64,000 bases of DNA from Selaginella moellendorffii (Eukaryota > Plantae > Lycopodiophyta): positions 1,970,880-2,034,879 of the forward strand of contig NW_003314284.1 of the NCBI RefSeq assembly GCF_000143415.4, read 5' to 3'. Positions 60,501 to 64,000 of this stretch are shown piece by piece; the stretch's first letter is position 1; every line of letters begins with the position of its first letter. The translations under genes and the position numbers were made by a program. Below the pieces are notes generated by a model. That model did no database searches, was not told the origin of the DNA, and saw only the letters and a list, made by a program, of their open reading frames with translations.

Positions 60501-63500
60501 GCTCGCTACATGTCTCGACAAACCTCTTGAAGATTGCCTCTCCATATACAACATGACCTCTGGTTTTGTGCGTACCGTCGTTCCCATGGACTGCCTGTTG
60601 AACCCTTTGTTCCTCGAACTCAGTTTTGATTCTGTAGAATGTGGTTCGAGGGACTCCATAAATGATTCTCCATGCCTTCATGCAGACCAAACCCCTCTGG
60701 AAGACCATGCCTCCCACCTGATGTTCTGAAGCATCAACAGATGACCGTAATGCCTCATACACAAAATTGCGAGCTGCCTTCCAGGACAATGTCTTGTATC
60801 TTGCTCTCTCCTCTTCAATAGCATCCCAATCAGCATGTTGACAGCACCTCCTCTTGCAACAAGCAACTGTCGAGACCATTCGAACCTCCATCGCCATTTT
60901 CTGCCTTTTCGGTTTGTTGCTCAGATCCCTTTGGCTGCGCTTTAGGAAGGTGTACTTTCTTTTCCCATGAAGAGATGTTCTGTCATCAGTTGTAGTGGTG
61001 TTTGATTGTGAATCCTTCACATTCTCAAACACTAAGTGCCTCAATTTCCACCGCACAATGCTTCCAATAGTCAGACTGTTTTCTTCTGTGTCAACAACCT
61101 CTAAAATCGCAACTCCAATATCATCCCAGCCCAATTCTTGATTACCAACCGCATCTCTTGGATCGACAACTGTGGCTAAGCCCTCAGCTACCACCTCCCC
61201 CTCGGGGTTGTTTAGAAACACTTTTGCCTGAATCCATGTAGCACGGTTCTTAAGATCCACAGAGGGAACATGCGTCGCACTTGCGCTGTCCCCAACATCT
61301 GCTTTCTTCTAAAGATTTTTCAAGGCAACAACAACATTTACCCCGACGACCATCTCTCCTCGTTCAATAGCGACCACATTCCCATCGAAGACAGTCTCTA
61401 CTGATACAGCAGCATTGCCTTGCCTTTGACAGTGTATAACAAAGTTCCGATCCATAGACACAAGGGTCCCTTTTGCAACTCTCTTCCCACCATTCAAAAT
61501 GTAAACCTTTTCCCCAACCCTGAAGGCCATTCTGAAAGTGCAGAAAAGAAGTTAAGACCATACAAAAAATGATTGGAGAATGGCCTAAATCATAACATAC
61601 CAAACAACCTCAATAGCATGAGGCCACATGCCATTATTCAAACATGCTATTGACACCCACGTGAAATTTCGCATTCACAAAATTGGCATGAGGCCTCATG
61701 CCATCTTGATATACACACAGCTACAGGCAAGTAAAAACATACATGACAATACGCTAGCCATGAAATTACAAGGGCCCAAGATGGCATGTGGCCTCATGCC
61801 ATTTCTAAATGTGGTCCTAAGCCATTCCATGGTCAACATACCAGGAAGCACAAGTGCCGAATATCAAGAGGAAGCGGTAGCCACACCAAAGACAGTGCCG
61901 CTCGCAACACCGCAACTACTCGTAGCGCCGCTCGCAACACCGCAACTGCTCGTAGCGCCGCTCGCACAAACTGCCACTCGCATAAACTGCCGCTCGCAAT
62001 GGCGCTCGCAATGCCGCAACCGCTCGTAGACGCATAAACCACAGCCCACAACGCCGCTTACACAAGCAGCACTCACTGCGCTCAGCGGAACCAAGAACAC
62101 GGCGCACAAAAATGATAGACCTAGGAATGAGTTCGAGAATTCAAAAATAACACACGCTTGAACGTCACATCAAATCCTCTGACAAACCAGATCTTATGAT
62201 TCCTCTGACAAATTTCAAACTGAGTAGCTTCTAGACTTTGCTGTCGAAGGTTGAACTTTGTCACATCATGTCCTTGCCTCGATCCAGCTGTGCCATGTCA
62301 GTGATTCGAACTTTGCCATGCCATGTCAGCGATCCGCGCCAAGATTATTCGCCGTGTAAAGGAATAATTATGCTGTGTGTGTACGTCCATTTATGGCAAT
62401 ATAAGGCCACACGCCATTCATAGAATAATGCTCGACATAAGGCCACATGCCATTCAAAGAATAATGCTAGTCGAGCATTTTTTGGTGCATTTTTGGGTTC
62501 AAAATTGCATGAGCCCACACGCTATAAAGTTTACCTGTACCAAAAATAGAAATAGCTTTATTTACTTGGGAATTTAAGTGGTTGAGGCATTTTTAAACTT
62601 ACAAACACATGCCCTACTTACATTCCTTTGGTTGCTTAAAATTCAAAAATATTATAAACCTTTCTTTTTGCATTTTCAATGTTTTCAATTATGGTTTTTG
62701 ATTTTCGTAGGACCAGCCTAGTAATCTATTTGCATCCCGTCATGTTTATAGCTAGCTTTCGTTTGTCCCCTTCGCTAGCCTGAGATACATCTGCTCGGCA
62801 TCTGCCTCTTACAGCATTTGCCCAGAAAGGGCATCTTTCTTCACGCAGCATTTGCCACATGTTTAGGGTTTAGGGTTTAGGGTTTAGCAATTCAGTAGCT
62901 TGATAAACATGCAAATACAGAACTTGATGCAAAATCCTTTGATATGTCACAATGCCCCTAGGACCATAAACACATTTCAATAGAGAGGGTCCTTTCATTT
63001 CATAACTCCTTACGTAGATCTTGGTGAAACCAGAGTTAGTGAAGTTAGTTTCTTGTGATCCCGCATCTGATTGTGATGTCCCTTTGCAGTTTCGATGGAA
63101 AGGTCAATGCACACCAAACTGTAAAATCTTGGAGCAAAATAACGGTCGGATCTATGGCAAATGCCCCTGAAACATTGTAAGGCTCGTGTGGTCTCATGTG
63201 GTATCCGATCGAGATGCTTCTTTGCAGGGTCATCAAGAAAGACATTGTATACCATTCTGTAAAATCTAGTTGCGATCTAACGGTTGAATCTCCAGAAAAC
63301 TCAAAAAAATCTCGCGCGTGTCAGAATATCCTAGGAATATACTCCTATGTGCCCCTGAAAATGACATGCGGCCCCACGCCATTCAAGAGATAACGCCAGA
63401 TGACGCCGAGAATTTTTTGGTGCATTTTTTGGGTTCAAAATTGCATGAGCCCACACGCTATAAAGTTTATCTTTGCCAAATAGAGAAAAGTTTATCTGTG

Positions 63501-64000
63501 TCATGTGAGGTAGTTACAGTCCTTTGTGCTTGGCATCTGCCTCTTGCAGCATTTGCACTGAAAGGGAATTTTTCTCCATTCAGCATTTGGCCCTGAAAAT
63601 GGCATGCGCCCACATGCCATTCAAGGAATAACGCCACAGGACGCCTGGATTTTTGGGTTTAAAATGTTTAGGGTTTTTTGGGTTTTTTCAAAATATTTTG
63701 GGTCCAACGTTTTTTGGGTTTCTTTGGTTCAAAATTGCATGAGCCCACACGCTATAATATTGATTTGAGAGAAAAATAGAAACAGATAGAATTTCTTTAT
63801 TTAGCTGAACATCTGCCATTTTTGGAAATACAAGATGCTTTGGAATATCCAATCATGCATGGTATAAATATAGCGAGGGTATTAAATGATATCCCAATCA
63901 TGATCTTTCTTTTGGATTTCGCGTGCATGCAGTCCGAGGAATGGGAGGTACTAGATCTTTTGGATTTTGCGTGCTTGCATGCGCGCGGCAATCCAGAAAT
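57502..64000 (-). mobile_element. Large TIR DNA transposon, copy 2 (inverted; right end truncated; runs off the window)
   Basis: Near-identical reverse complement of 39793-43087, plus the ~3.2 kb missing from copy 1. Confidence 0.9.
58395..61530 (-). pseudogene. Sola-like DDD transposase (~1020 codons) with two in-frame TAG codons
   Basis: ORFs 61309-61530, 59983-61260 and 58468-59934 are one frame, separated only by TAG at 61309 and 59983. Motifs FSKCDEC..H, IIHDKMDQ, LQTDNAGSENKN, FLMVGHTHEDID. Possible terminal intron 58430-58481. Confidence 0.78.

Overview
Eukaryotic, land-plant DNA. Very short 47-60 nt GT-AG introns, TTTAGGG repeats and a plant-type MED25 suggest a compact lycophyte genome such as Selaginella (inference). 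The window is a TE-rich nest with few host genes: MED25/PFT1 (20283-23354, +), a signal-peptide methylesterase (45336-46392, -), and pseudogene fragments of ATAD3 and an FAD-linked oxidase. Retroelements include a long-LTR family nested into itself (TSDs TGATC and CTCGA), two TRIMs, and a near-intact 5.0 kb Ty3/gypsy element with a -1 slippery site plus pseudoknot. The most interesting object is a large DNA transposon with 22-bp TIRs, present as two inverted copies (33280-43745, with an extra outer left end at 30371, and 57502->64000); reconstructed length is about 13.7 kb. It encodes a Sola-like DDD transposase. Divergently, it carries an 11-exon, ~1636-codon cargo gene that appears to fuse a ParB/Srx-like domain, a degenerate beta-class DNA amino-methyltransferase-like domain and an FCP1/NIF-type HAD phosphatase. 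More than 20 copies of a 22-bp palindrome (ATGGCRTG-N6-CAYGCCAT) are spread along the element, mostly in introns and non-coding DNA. This looks like a transposon-encoded protein/cognate-site system (ParB/parS-like, or VANC-like anti-silencing). All domain calls come from motif recognition by eye and need HMM or structure confirmation.
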